This document shows, piece after piece, positions 1 through 12,745 of a stretch of 64,000 nt of DNA (its first letter is position 1; the number at the start of each line of letters is the position of its first letter). A model generated the notes under the pieces. The model did no database searches and had not been told where the DNA came from. It saw only the letters and a list, made by a program, of their open reading frames with translations. Both the position numbers and the translations under genes were made by a program. Source of the stretch: Phaeosaccion multiseriatum (lineage: Eukaryota; Protista; Ochrophyta, other classes); contig OZ218953.1 of assembly GCA_965112735.1 (NCBI GenBank), positions 2,170,001-2,234,000 on the forward strand, read 5' to 3'.

Positions 1-1178
1 CTCCTGCAGCACAGTGGCCAAGGGGGGGAGGGAGGGCGGGAGGAAGGATGGAAGGAAGGAAGGAAGGAAGGAAGGAAGGAAGGAAGGAAGGATGGAAGGA
101 AGGAAGGAAGGAAGGAAGGAAGGAAGGAAGGAAGGAAGGAAGGAAGGAAGGAAGGAAGGAAGGAAGGAAGGAAGGAAGGAAGGAAGGAAGGAAGGAAGGA
201 AGGAAGGAAGGAAGGAAGGAAGGAAGGAAGGAAGGAAGGGAGTTAAGGTCTGGAACATAGTTAGGGCCTTGGCTCAAACCTGAACCCGCACAACGAGTGG
301 GGCCGAGATCAGAACAAGTTGGGGCTGCTGTTGGCCCTTCCTTTTCGGCTCTCTCTGCAAGTCCAATGCACTACCAACAAAGATGGAACGAACAGACTCT
401 GTATCTTCTCTCTCCCCCTCTCTCTCTGTGTCTGTCTCTCTCTCCCCCTCTCCCTCTCCCCCTCTATCCCCCTCTCTGCCCCTCTGTCTCTTTCCTCCAT
501 CTCGCTGTCCCTGTCTCCTCCTCCTCCTCCTCCTCCTCCTCCTCCCTCTGTCTCTCATCTCGAAGCCCACCTGCCGTAGAGAGGAGTTCTCCCGGAGTAT
601 GTCCGAGGACTCTGCCTGAAGCTTGTTGAACTTGGAAGTGAGGTGATCGTTTGCCTTGTCCAGTCTAAGCGAGGGTGCAAGAGGGAGAAAAAGGGGGTTG
701 GAGGGTTGGGGCGTTAATAGAGAGCAGGGAGGGAGGGAGGGAGGGAAGGAGGGAGGGGGATGGGAGGGGGGGAGACAGACGGGGAAGGAGACCCATGAGG
801 ACAGCCAGTTGCTCGCTTTAACCAAAAGGGACACTACTCACTCATCGTTTTTCTCCATCAGTCGTTGATGCTGGTCTTTGATGGACACAAGCTTGTTGGA
901 CACTGGTCGCCCCTCCCCGCCCAGCTCGAGACTGGCGTTTTCAATGCGGTCGAGAATGGCTCTGTCTTCTACGGAGGTGGTGTCGATTGCAACTCGAGCT
1001 CCCTAGATTCAAAACGAGATAGCAGAGAGTGAGAGAGAGAGGGACGAGGTTCAGGGGGTTGTCTTGGGTACCCCAAGGGTCATGATGTGGCGGCACAGGT
1101 GGGTTGTTGGCATGGGAGTATTGCCTTGAGTACACCATCTTGATTCTGTATGAAGCACCGCCAGATGGATCTCTGGAG

Positions 1179-1209
<31 letters not shown>

Positions 1210-1701
1210 CCACCTGCTCATCGGCACCCTCTAGAATCTGCTTGAGCAGGAGGGACGTGATGTTGATCAACGTGCCAATCTCCTGGCGCACGTCGGCCTT
1301 GACCACTCTCCCTAAGTCGTCGAGAAGGGCCTCTACGTCGTCTTGGCTATACATGTCCTCGTAAAGCCTATTTTTGGTTTGACGTAGAGCAAGGCAGGAT
1401 TGAAGAGGGGAAAGAAATGGAGAGAGAGAGTGTGTGTGTGTAAGAGAGAGAGATACAGAAGAGAGAGAGGGATATGGAGAGGGGTGTTAGATCAGGAGAC
1501 AAGTGCAAATGGAAAGAGCCACCACTACCACCACTATTCCCCTTTTGACACTCCGTACCTATCGCTCTTGACGTCTCTGAACTCCCCCTCCAGCGCCTCG
1601 CACGCGATATCCCTCTTGGCCCTCATGAACTTCAGATACTTCATCACCACACCCTGGTGCTCCCTCGACAGCCCAGAGAACGTGTCACCCCCGGAAGGCA
1701 T
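1..1701 (-). CDS. LZTFL1: Leucine zipper transcription factor-like 1 (BBS17) homolog; multi-exon, 3' end runs off the window start
   Basis: ATG at 1701. Exons ~1701-1559, 1367-1214, 1002-~842, ~665-~570, ~371-~280 joined at GT-AG sites. Spliced N-terminus MPSGGDTFSGLSREHQGVVMKYLKFMRAKRDIACEALEGEFRDVKSDRLYEDMYSQDDVEALLDDLGRVVKADVRQEIGTLINITSLLLKQILEGADEQ follows the LZTFL1 pattern (L..HHQ..V..Y.RF.R.KR......F.D.K.SRL.ED..T..EV...L..L..VV). Confidence 0.8.
43..239. repeat. (GGAA)n microsatellite in an LZTFL1 intron
   Basis: Near-perfect ggaa tandem run. Confidence 0.95.
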
Positions 1702-1832
1702 GGCGAACGTCCTCCTTTTGTAAAAAAAATGTTCTTACACGGATCTCCACAGAGGGCGCGCTCAACCGTTTTGTTGGCTTATTCTAGTCATAGAGAAGCA
1801 TGATAAGCATGTCCAGCTGTACATAGAGAAGC

Positions 1833-2787
1833 ATGTCCACGATGCTCAAGTCCGCCACAGAGGTTTGTCTCAATCGGCCGTGGTCTGTCAAGCGATGTGG
1901 TGGTCAAGGCGCGAGGTTCCAGTGGGTTCCAGTTTACTTTGTTTGTTTGGTGGTGTTTTTGTAACTGTGACCCTGGCCCCTCCCCATCTGCCACACCTCA
2001 AACAGGTGGTGTTTCGCCTCATCGACAAGACTACTGGTGTAGCACTGGTGAGTGGTAGTGGTCAAGCCCGGAGTGACGGGAGAAGGTTGCATTGAGTAAG
2101 CCTCTATTTTTTTTTTTTTTCGGCTAGGTGAGTGATGAGGTGCAGGCGAATGCCGCCAGAAACAGGGTGCAGCAAGCCGAGCAGATCCGGGAGAAGAAGC
2201 GTGCGACTGCTCTACGGAGAGGCCTAGACGAGGCGGTGAGCGTGTCGCTCGCCAACGACATAGAGTACAGCTCCACGGTCAAGGCCGGGGTTGATGCAGC
2301 AGCAGGTAAGAGGCGAGATGCTGCAGGCTTACCACAGCACAGACTTAATTGCTATGAAAAGCGGATAAAGCAAGGGTCTCAGGGTTGAAAGAAGCTCTGT
2401 TGACCCATTCCTTTTTCACTTGCATGTTAACTTCACAACCGGTCTCCTTAGAGTTCCTGTCTGCCGAAGCATCAGCACGAGGGGATGGTGGAGGGACGGT
2501 CGAAGCTCAATATGCCATGACTGAGCTGGACAGATTCGAGGAGAGACTCAAGGCGCGCAACGAGGTGAGCAGACAGAACGAAATCGGCCAGGGACGCCAG
2601 CCCTGCAGGCAGGCAGGCAGGCAGGCAGGCGAGCAAGCATATGGGCAGTGAGACAGGCCTGTACATGGGGCCACCCACACATACTGCGGGTCACTGAAGC
2701 GCTGGCGACCATCACATGTTGTGTAGACCCTCCTTCTTCCCTTCCACTCAGACCACACCTCACACTGGTGCTCTCTTCTCGCTCTTG

Positions 2788-2822
<35 letters not shown>

Positions 2823-5800
2823 CCCCTCCCCCCATCTCTCTCGCAGAAGCAGGGACAGCAGCAGGCCAACACAGCTACCCGGAAAAAGGGTCCAGCGAAC
2901 GGAACCGCTGCACCGGCATCGTCAGCGGCACCGGCAGCCACGGTGCAGAAAGCGTCGGTGAGTCAAAGAGAGCGAAGTGGAGGATGTCAGCAAGCAACCG
3001 CATCGCTTAGGAAGCTCCGCAGGAGAGCAGAAAAACCAAGCCACCCCTCTCTTTCTGCACCATCTTAAGTCAAGTTGGACACTCGTTCCTGGCGAACTTT
3101 GCTCTCTTGATCTTCGCCTCGTAACCATCTTCCCGTCTACGAACTGAACGTGAAACAGCCATCCCCGCTACTGCCCAATAGAAACTGATCATTCACCATC
3201 ATCATCATCCTGCCCTTCTCCAGGGTGCGAGTACGTGGAGTCCCGACGCGGCAACCCTCAGCGCTGTGGATCGCGACCTGGGTCCTGACGCCGTGTATTT
3301 GGCGCACGCACCTCCTCACTTCGCCACTCTGGACCTCTCTGACCGCAACATTGGGTGGCTTGACCCCACCTTCGAGGTCAGTGGAAGAGAGAGAGGGAGG
3401 GAGGAAAAGAGAGAGAGGGAGGAAGAGGAGGGGGGGGGGTAAAGCGAGAGAGAGGGAGAGGGAGAGGGAGGGAGAGGAGAAGGGAGAGAGAGGGGGAGGG
3501 AGAGACAGAAAGAAAGCAAAGCTTTTCGTCCCCTTCTGCCTGCCTTCTTTGCAACGCACACTCATCGCACGTCCCGTGCAATGGTGCAGCACGTGTGGAT
3601 GGCCAGTACGCAACGGCTTTCCTTCCCAAAACGTTCCTCACCACCCCCTCCTCTGCGTCTGCTCCTCCCCTCGCTTCCCCTTCCCCCTCCCCCTCCCCCC
3701 ACATGACCGCACACACACAGCTGTTCTCCAACCTCACATACCTAGATATTGGTCTCAACTCACTCTCCAGCCTGCAGGGCCTCCCCTCCAGCCCTATCGA
3801 GACCCTCCTCTGCGGCGGTAACCTCATCAGCGGCTCCCCCTTAGCCTCCCTCCCTCTGTCCTGCTGCTCCTCCCTCTCCGTGCTGGACCTCTCGTACAAT
3901 GACGTCGGATCGGTGTCGTCCTGGCCGGAGCAGCAGCAGCAGCAGCACCAGCACCAGCAGACGTGGCGGCGGCAGGCCATGACCAGGCAGCCACAGCAGC
4001 AGCGGGTGTTTCAGAATCTCATGTATCTGGACCTGTCGTACAACCAACTGGTGGACCTCAAGGCGGTGTGTCGTGAGCTTGGAGAGATCAAGTACAGCCT
4101 TCGGCAGCTGCTGCTTCAGGGCAACCCCCTGACGCTGCTGCCCATGTACCGACAAAGGGTGCTGAGGGCGGTGGGAGGTCTCAAGCATCTCGACGACATT
4201 GAGGTGAGTAAGCTTAGCTAAGCATTACGTACGCAGCTGAGCAGCGCGGGCAGAAGCGCATCCAGTCGTCGCCAAGCCAAGGCTTGATCGGATTGAGTCT
4301 ATTCAAATAGCGCATTAGGAATGAAGCGGTACGGCAATCAGTCGAGCATGTCGGTCAGTAAGTAATTCCTTACATCAGCATCTGAATTCAGCAGCGTGGG
4401 GATGGGGGGTAGGAACGGCCTTCCTCGTCTTATCCTAAGAAGTTTCATCGCGTCCGTCTTTCCTTCCTTCCTTCCTTCCTTCCTTCCTTCATTCCTTCCT
4501 TGCCCCCTTCCTCCGCCATTCCCTCCTTCCCTCCCTCCCTCCTTCCCTCCCTCCCTCCCTCCTTCCCTCCCTCCATTCCTACCTTCCTTCCCTTCCCTCC
4601 TTCCTTGCCCTGCTATTGCCAAGGTGGATGCGGACGAGTGGGCAGAGGTAGCTGCGCTGGATTGGCTCCCTCCCGAGAGATACATGGAGGTGAGGATGAG
4701 AGGAGGGAAAGAAGGAGGGAAGGAAGGAAGCAGGCAGCCGAGGAAGAAGGAGAGGAGAGAGGAAGCAAACAAGCAAGCACGCAGGGAGGAAGGCAACCAA
4801 GCAACCTGAAGAGCGCGCGCATTATTCTCACTGCCCTACCTCTCCTGCTTGTACTGCTGCTACTACTATACTTCTGCTTGTGTTGCTGCTGCTGCTTTGC
4901 CTCTCTAGATGCTCGACCGCAGCTGCTGGCAAATGGAGTTGACCGGAGTGAAGGGCCTGCCAGCGATGCGGGACCCCTCAGACCTCATCCAGCCCTCTCC
5001 TTCTCCCGGAGAGCAGGAAGCACAAAGCCAGCACAAGGACAAGGCTGGGCAGAGCAAAGCTGGGCACCCCCCCAAGGGGCAGCAGAAGGAGCACCAGCAG
5101 CAGCATGAAGGAGAGGAAGAGGGCGATGGCAGCAGAAGGGGGGTGGAGCACTGCCATGTGCAGGTTGGCGTACACTCCGAAAGAAAGAGGCAGCAGTTGG
5201 CGATACAGCAGCAGCAGCTGCTGCGTCAGGGGCAGGGGCAGCGGGGAGTGAAGATGGGCCAAGAGGAGGGTGAACTGCTGCTGCTGACCTCCCAGAAGCT
5301 TCCGTGGGGGCTCGGTGTGGAGGGGGCTGCTCCGGCGGCGGTGGAAGGGACGCAGCAACCTGAGGGCGAGTGGCACCAGCAGCTGAAGGAGAAGGAGGAG
5401 GACGGGGAGGAAGAGGAGGAGGAGGAGGAGAAGGAGAGACGCGAAGCACAGGAACAGGTGGAGAGAGGCGCATACGTGGGGCCTTCCGTGCAGCTGCGGG
5501 CAGATTTACGCGCGGGATTGGAAGGTGTCCTGTTCTACACGTTTCGCCGCGGGAAGGAAGGAGGAGGAGGAGAAGGAGAAGGAGGAGGAGGAGGAGGAGG
5601 AGGAGGAGGAGAGGGGGGGGGAGAGGGAGGGGATGGGGAGGGGCATAGAGAGGAGGAGGGGAAGGAAGAGGAAGAGGAGGTCATGGAGGTTGGGCGCTTC
5701 ACTGTTGATGCATGGGCTCTCTTTGACGAGACCATCAAGCCGCACGCCTCTGAGCAAGGCTGCTGTCTCAAAAAGGTCCGGTGTGCCGTGAGAGTGAGTG

Positions 5801-6291
5801 AACCTTTTGCCAAGCGAGTCAATGACACCGCTGCCGCTGTTGCTGCCGCTGCCGCCGCTGCTGCTGCGGCTGCCGCTGCTGCTGCGGACCCCCAGCCCCC
5901 TATAACTACTAATGCTGCGGCTGCTGCTCCTGCCTCGCCTGAGAAGGGTGGGGGGGAGGGTGAGGGCGACCACGAGGGTGATGATGCTGAGGGCGCTCCT
6001 GGAGCGGCCGAGGGAGGAGACGATGAAGACGAGAGTGCGCAACAGTTGGTGGTACAACCGCTCGTGCCCCTGGACGACGTGGCCGTGGAGCTTTCTGTGA
6101 CGCTGAACGCGCCCTTCATGGTCCGGACACTCATGCTGCTCTCGCCCCCCGATGAGCTACTACTCTCCCCCGGGGGGGGGGGGGGCAGCAGCAGCAGCAG
6201 CAGCAGGAGGAGGAGGAGGAGGAGGAGGAGGAGGAGGAGGAGGAGGAGGAGGAGAAGAGGCGCCAGCCAGTGGAGGCAACGGCGGTGTTGA
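1833..6291 (+). CDS. Leucine-rich repeat protein, LRRC43-like (ciliary-type LRR); ~9 exons
   Basis: Exons splice in frame from ATG 1833. LRR exon 3721-4203 reads LTYLDIGLNSLSSL...LSVLDLSYNDV...LMYLDLSYNQLVDL...LRQLLLQGNPLTLLPMYRQRVLRAVGGLKHLDDIE, an LRR plus LRR-cap resembling LRRC43. The C-terminal frame near the poly-G run at ~6171-6185 is uncertain. Confidence 0.7.
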
Positions 6292-6663
6292 GTGCGCAAG
6301 TAAAGGAGCGCAATGTGGCGGCGCTGCTTGACGAGGGGAGCATCGACTCGCTGAGGGTGGAGCGAGAGTTCCAGCTGTGAGTTTCAGTTTTACCATCTCT
6401 TTTTCCCCAGCTGGAGTAAACTTGGTGTAAAAGAGGGGAGACGAGAAAGGAAGAGAAGGGAGGTTCCTACTTCTTTTGCTACGCAGAAGTACCATGCTTT
6501 AATGCTCGCGATTAATGCATTCAATTCCTGGGAAATCACCGTTGTATTGCTTGCTTCTTGCTTCGGCGCCTCCTCATCCAGATCGAGTCACAGATGGCTG
6601 GGGGGAACGAAGCCAATTAACGCGCGACAACAAACACAGCGCAGCGGCAACCCCGCCAAAAAA

Positions 6664-8550
6664 ATGAACCGCGGAAAGGGCAAGAAAGGGTGGAGGATGG
6701 AGGTGGAGGGGGGGGAGAAGGAGAAATGGGACGAGGAGGAGTCGGAGGAGGGAGAGGAGGGAGAGGAGGGAGAGGAGGGAGAGGAGGGAGAGGAGGGAGA
6801 GGAGGAAGAAGAGGAGAAGGGTGACACCCTTTGGTGGGAGTCAGATGAGAGCTCCGAGGAGAGCGACTCTGAGGACGAGGAGAAGAAGACCGCACCTCTT
6901 CTGAAGAAGACTCTTCTGGAAGAGGTGGAGTCTGGGGTAGGGGAGCAGCAGCAGCAGGAGGAGCAGGAGGAAGTATGGGAGGTGGACAGTGGAAGTGATG
7001 ACGACTTTGCGAGAGTATTCGGCCTCAAAGTAGACAAAGGAGAGAAGAAAGTGAAAAAAGGGAAAGTGAATGGACGGAAGGTGATAGAGCCGAAGAAGAA
7101 GGCTAAAGGAACTAAGAAGAAGAAGGAGGGGGCCCCAAACCTCGAGGTAAGAAGAGCGACGACCAGGGCGGGGGCGCTCCGCTCCGTCCCTCCGGCCTCA
7201 GAAAAGATGGCAAGTTGTAGGTGTGCAGTGCTCTAACACTCGTCACGCCCTCTCTATTTATCCTTTTCTGTGCTCTTTCTCATGCTACAGCACCTTGATG
7301 AGGACATAAGGAAGAATGCCTATGCGCTCGCTGAGGACCTCCTCTTGACAAAGAGGAAGCACCGTGTGTTGGAGCGGCGGCAGGTACGCATGACGAGCTG
7401 GTCTCGCCCCTCCCACGTCCACCTTTCTTGCCTTTTCTCGCCCTCCGACGCGTGCGCTTGACCGGTGCTTGCTGTTTCCCTTGCCCTTCCTCGACAACCC
7501 CTCTCCCTCACTGTGGCTTTGTTAGAAAAAGCTGAAGGAACTGCTGAGAGAGGTGGTGATACTAGGGGGCCAATCTCGACAGGCGGCGGAAGACAAGGAT
7601 GCTCAACTGCGCGTGGAGAGAGAGGTGCAGAGAAAGAAGACAGAGGCAGCGAAGCGGGAAGCAGCTCTTTTTAGAGCGCTGTTGGCAGATAGACCAGCAG
7701 TGACGGACAGGCCAGCGGGAGACCAAAGCAGTAATGAGCATGTCATCAGACCAGCAGGAGAGGGCCGAAGCAGTGATAACGCGATCGCCGTGGTGGACGA
7801 TGTGGAAGGACCGAGGGTGTCAGAACAGGGAGCGTCAGGACAGGGAGTGTCAGGACAGGGGGTGTCAGGGGGGGGGGGCGATTCCGAAGTGATCGTTATC
7901 GATGATGACAGCAGTGATGAGAAGGAAGGAAAGCAATACGAGCAGGAGGCGGCAGATGCAAAAGTGTCGGAAGGGGAGGGGAAGGGGAAGGGGGAGGGGG
8001 AGGGCGAGGGGGAGCACAGACTCTCGGAGCGCATTGACCAAGCCGAGGAAAAAGCTCCTGATGGAGATCGAGACTCCGCAGCGAGCCACCCCGAGGAGGA
8101 GCAGAGTGAGAGGCAGAGCCTGCGATTATCGGAGATATCCTCTCTTCCTCGTGCGGACGCCCGGCCATTGTCAAAAGTGTCTACGCCCCCTTATGCGGAA
8201 GTCCTGCAGCAACAAGAGTCCGTGGACGCCTCGGTGCAGCCTCTCTTTAACGAGTATCAAGAGGAATTTCCCTCTCTGCTGGAGGAGGAGGAGGAGGAGG
8301 AGGAGGAGGAGGAAGAGGCGGCGGCGGCGGAGGAGGAGGAGGAGGAGGAGGAGGAGGAGGAGGAGGAGAAGAAGAAGGACGGGAAGGAGGAGGTTGAGGA
8401 GAAGAAGAAGGAGGAGGAGGAGGAGAAAGCAGGGGAACGGAGCGGGGATGGGCACAAGCAGAGGGGTGATGGGAGTACGGAGGAGGAGGGACGGGAGCAT
8501 GAGAGACCGGGGTCACACCCAAGGCCGGACCCCCAGACCCCACGGCCTCA

Positions 8551-8594
<44 letters not shown>

Positions 8595-11500
8595 GCAAGA
8601 CACAGCAGCAGGACCAATCTCAAAGGGAGGTGTCTCTACCGCTGCAACCTACGGCCCTGCTTCAACAGCAGCAGCAGCCACCGCCAACGGATACTGGGAA
8701 AGGCGCGGAGGGTCCTCGGGGTGGAAACGAACAAACCCGGGATAAGGACGAGGAGGAGGAAAAGAAAGATGAGAAGCAAGAGGATGAACGTGGGGCAAAG
8801 TCTTTTGAGATGATGGAGGTCGGGGTCGAGAAGGAGGAGGAGTCGAGGGAAGAAGGGTGCGAACTGATCGTCGATATGGAGGAGGGGGGGGAGGAGGAGA
8901 AGGAGGAGGAGGAGGGGAGGGGAGAGGGGTGTGAAATGGAAACTTCGAGTGACGAGGCGATGGTGCTGCCTAAGGAGGTGGAAGAGCAGCGCAGTGACAT
9001 GGGAGGAGGAGGTAACAATATGGACGTTGACACGGAAGAGGATGGCGAGTGCATCAGTGCGGAGAATGACGGAAAGGGTGTGCCATCTCATCATGCATCA
9101 GAGGTGATGGAGCAGGAGAGCTTGGTCCTAGGGGAGCGGAAGAAGGAGGAGGAGAAGGAGGAGGATGGTATAGTCAGAGTGAGGTTTTCGAACGAAGAAG
9201 ATGAAGCGCGAGGAAGGACGGGCCCCACTATCAGGCAAGAGGGGGCCGCTTCTGTATCCAGAAAGGGGGCTCGCTCGGACGCACTTTCAGATGCCACCGC
9301 CACCGCCACCGCCACCGCCACCGCCCCAATCAAGGACGAGGTCCGAGGTGGCTCCGCTGCTGAGACTCGCCTCACTTGTTTTCAGGGCGGAGATTTGCGG
9401 CCGGAGCATGTGCAGGGATTGCGAATGATTGTGCTAATGGGCGCACCGAGTAGCGGCAAGACGGCACTTTGCAAGCGTGTGCAGGCCTTGCTGCAAGGAG
9501 AGGAGGAGCAGCGGGGAGTGAAGCAGTGGGCGATGGTGGGGGAGACGTGGAAGGCTGGGGTCGAGTATGCGGGCTCCAAGACGGGGGCAAACAAGGCGGA
9601 GGAGGAGGCGAAGGAGGTGAAGGCTGCTCTGCGAGAAAAGAAGGTTGTGGTGATTGACAGGTATGTTTTTTAGATTCTTCTCGCTTCGATTCGACCCAAA
9701 CGAAACAGTATCCATGTCCTTTTTGCACGCGAGAGAACTTCAAACTGGACATCCTTGTACCCTTCTGCCCCCCCCCACCCCCAGAATCAATCCTAATGCT
9801 GCCACGCGAGAGGTTTTCTTGAAGCTTCTTCGACAACGCCTCGCGGAGGAGGACCCTCTTTTTGACACACGCGAGGCTCTACCCGCGCTCGCCATCTACC
9901 TTCGGCCGCCTCTGTGAGTTTTTATTGTCGCAAGATGGGCACGCTGCAAGTGTCGGGGTGGTGGGGGGGGGGAGACTGTCGCTTTTTATGGGTGGGGAGG
10001 AGAAGGGGGGTTGCGAGGGACCAATGCGTTTGCTGCAAGGGCCTTTATTGCTGTCAGCTGTTGATGTGTACTCTGTAAGACTTCGTCTCATGTGCACAAA
10101 TGCTCGTTTGGTGTGACAGGGAGGAGTGTCTCCGTCGTCAAAAAGAGAGGTCCGACTCCTCTCTGGCCGCCAGCGTGGTGTCCACACTCTACTCACGCGT
10201 TGCACCGCCGACGGAGACCGCCACGGAGGGCTTCCGAGCCGTCGTGACAATGTCCAACGACGCACACATGGCGGGCTTTATGGGGGCTTTGTTTGTGGGG
10301 GCTCGAGAGAAGATGGAGCGGCTTGCGGCGGAGGCCATGCAGAGAGTCGAGATGGAGGAGCAGACCCTCGCAGAGCAGGATGGCGGCCTGAAAAAGACGT
10401 GTACGAATGCCTTGCAGACTCAAGACTTGCTCGATGTTCCATCTTCCGATGAGGAGAGTGAGGGAAGGGACGATGAAAGTCGAGGCGGGGGCCAAGCTGC
10501 GAGGCCCAGGGGAGAGGCTCGGCTGAAGGTCGCCAACAGGAGCGGCGCTGGCTCTGGCGCGGGGGGCTCGGCCAAGAGAGAGAGAGAGAGGCTTGAAGGT
10601 ACATCTCGCCGAGTGGTAGATGCCATGCTTATTCAACAGGAGAAAGAGCGGTTGCAGGGTACCTCCAGTGGCGCGATACTGGCGAGCAGTGCGGCGAGCA
10701 GTGCGGCGAGCAGTACGACGAGCAGGGCAGGAAAGCGTGGAAGGGTGGGGGCGCCTGGGGAGGGGGGAAGAGAAGCTCGGCAGGCTCCCATCGTTGGTCG
10801 TGCCACTCTGCTCGGTAAGTTTGTTTTCGATGTGCACACGTGCCGCTCCTGGACACACACACGCAACGCACACGTACGCTCATAGACGCGAGCGCACACG
10901 CACACGCACACGCACATACACAAACATGTCCGGTGGCACCCCACTCGTCGCTTTCTTTCGCTGCTATTGAACTCGAAAACCTCACCTAAGACCCCACCCT
11001 CGTTTGTGTGTGCGTGCGTGCGTGCGTGCGTTCGTGCTTGTGTGCGTGTGTGTGCGTGCTCGTGTCCATATGCGAAGGCTGTGTGCAGACGATCCCCGAG
11101 GTTTTCCTTATACCCTTGTTCAGATTCTGCCGTGTTCCTGACCTGGCCAGGCTCTCTCTGGCGTGTTATGCGCTGAAAGAGGTGAGGGAAGGAGGGAGAG
11201 AGGAGAGGAGGGGGGGGATGCTTTATAAGCGTCTTTTCCGAAATGTTGATTCTTCATTTCCCGCCCTCCTCCTTCTCCTTGGACTCTTGTCTTGGCTTGC
11301 AGGAGTTAGCCAAAGAAGTATATTGGGAAGATTTGCGCGCCTACAGAAGAAAGACTGAGAAGCGGGAGAGGCGCCTCAATGAGGCACGCCTCCGCAACGC
11401 TTTGCCTCCTGCCGTACCACCACCTCACCAGCAGCAGCAGCAGCACCAGCAGCAGCAGCAACAACAGCCCCATATTATGGGAGTGCAGGAGGAGCATGAT

Positions 11501-11771
11501 CTCGTTGTGCCTCAGGCCGAGGGAGGGGCACAAGACATACCACCGCCCAACATGATTGGGGCTGTCCCAGACCACTCTGAGCATCCCCGGGACGAGCTGC
11601 GCAAGAGCATCGTGGACCAGGCCATCAAAGTTGGCTTCCCCTGCAGGATATTTGAACGGGGTGACAAGGGCTGGCGCCAGGTACCTTCGGATGGTAAGTA
11701 CGTGCGCGGGAAGGAAGGAGTGCATCCACCCACCCTTTGGATCTTTCGGTGTGTGTTGTTGTTGCTGTTGG

Positions 11772-11854
<83 letters not shown>

Positions 11855-11941
11855 GCTGTTGTTGTTGTTGTTGGTGGTGGTGTTGGTGGTGGTGGTGGTG
11901 GTGGTGGTGGTTGTTGTTGGTGTTGTTGTTGGTGATGTTGG

Positions 11942-11982
<41 letters not shown>

Positions 11983-12005
11983 GCTGTTGTTGTTGTTGTT
12001 GTTGG

Positions 12006-12051
<46 letters not shown>

Positions 12052-12100
12052 GGTGGTGTTGTTGTTGGTGTTGTTGTTGCTGTTGTTGTTATTGTTGTTG

Positions 12101-12173
<73 letters not shown>

Positions 12174-12181
12174 CGTCGTCG

Positions 12182-12228
<47 letters not shown>

Positions 12229-12334
12229 ACTGTTGTTGCTGTTGTTGTTGCTGTTGTTGGTGGTGGTGGTGGTTGTTGCTGTTGTTGTTGTTGTTGTTGT
12301 TGGTGGTGGTGGTTGTTGTTGTTGTTGTTTTTGT

Positions 12335-12416
<82 letters not shown>

Positions 12417-12418
12417 GG

Positions 12419-12450
<32 letters not shown>

Positions 12451-12452
12451 GC

Positions 12453-12486
<34 letters not shown>

Positions 12487-12496
12487 GTTGTTGTGG

Positions 12497-12537
<41 letters not shown>

Positions 12538-12566
12538 ATTGTTATTGTTGTTGTTGCTGGTGTTGT

Positions 12567-12600
<34 letters not shown>

Positions 12601-12602
12601 GC

Positions 12603-12651
<49 letters not shown>

Positions 12652-12652
12652 G

Positions 12653-12683
<31 letters not shown>

Positions 12684-12696
12684 CTGTTGTTTTTGT

Positions 12697-12745
<49 letters not shown>

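Noticed and set aside
6165-6350. Poly-Arg C-terminus of the LRR protein, or a programmed frameshift
   Set aside because: It follows a C6G15-like homopolymer. A shifted frame gives poly-Gln/Glu typical of the rest of the protein, so a sequencing indel is the simpler explanation.
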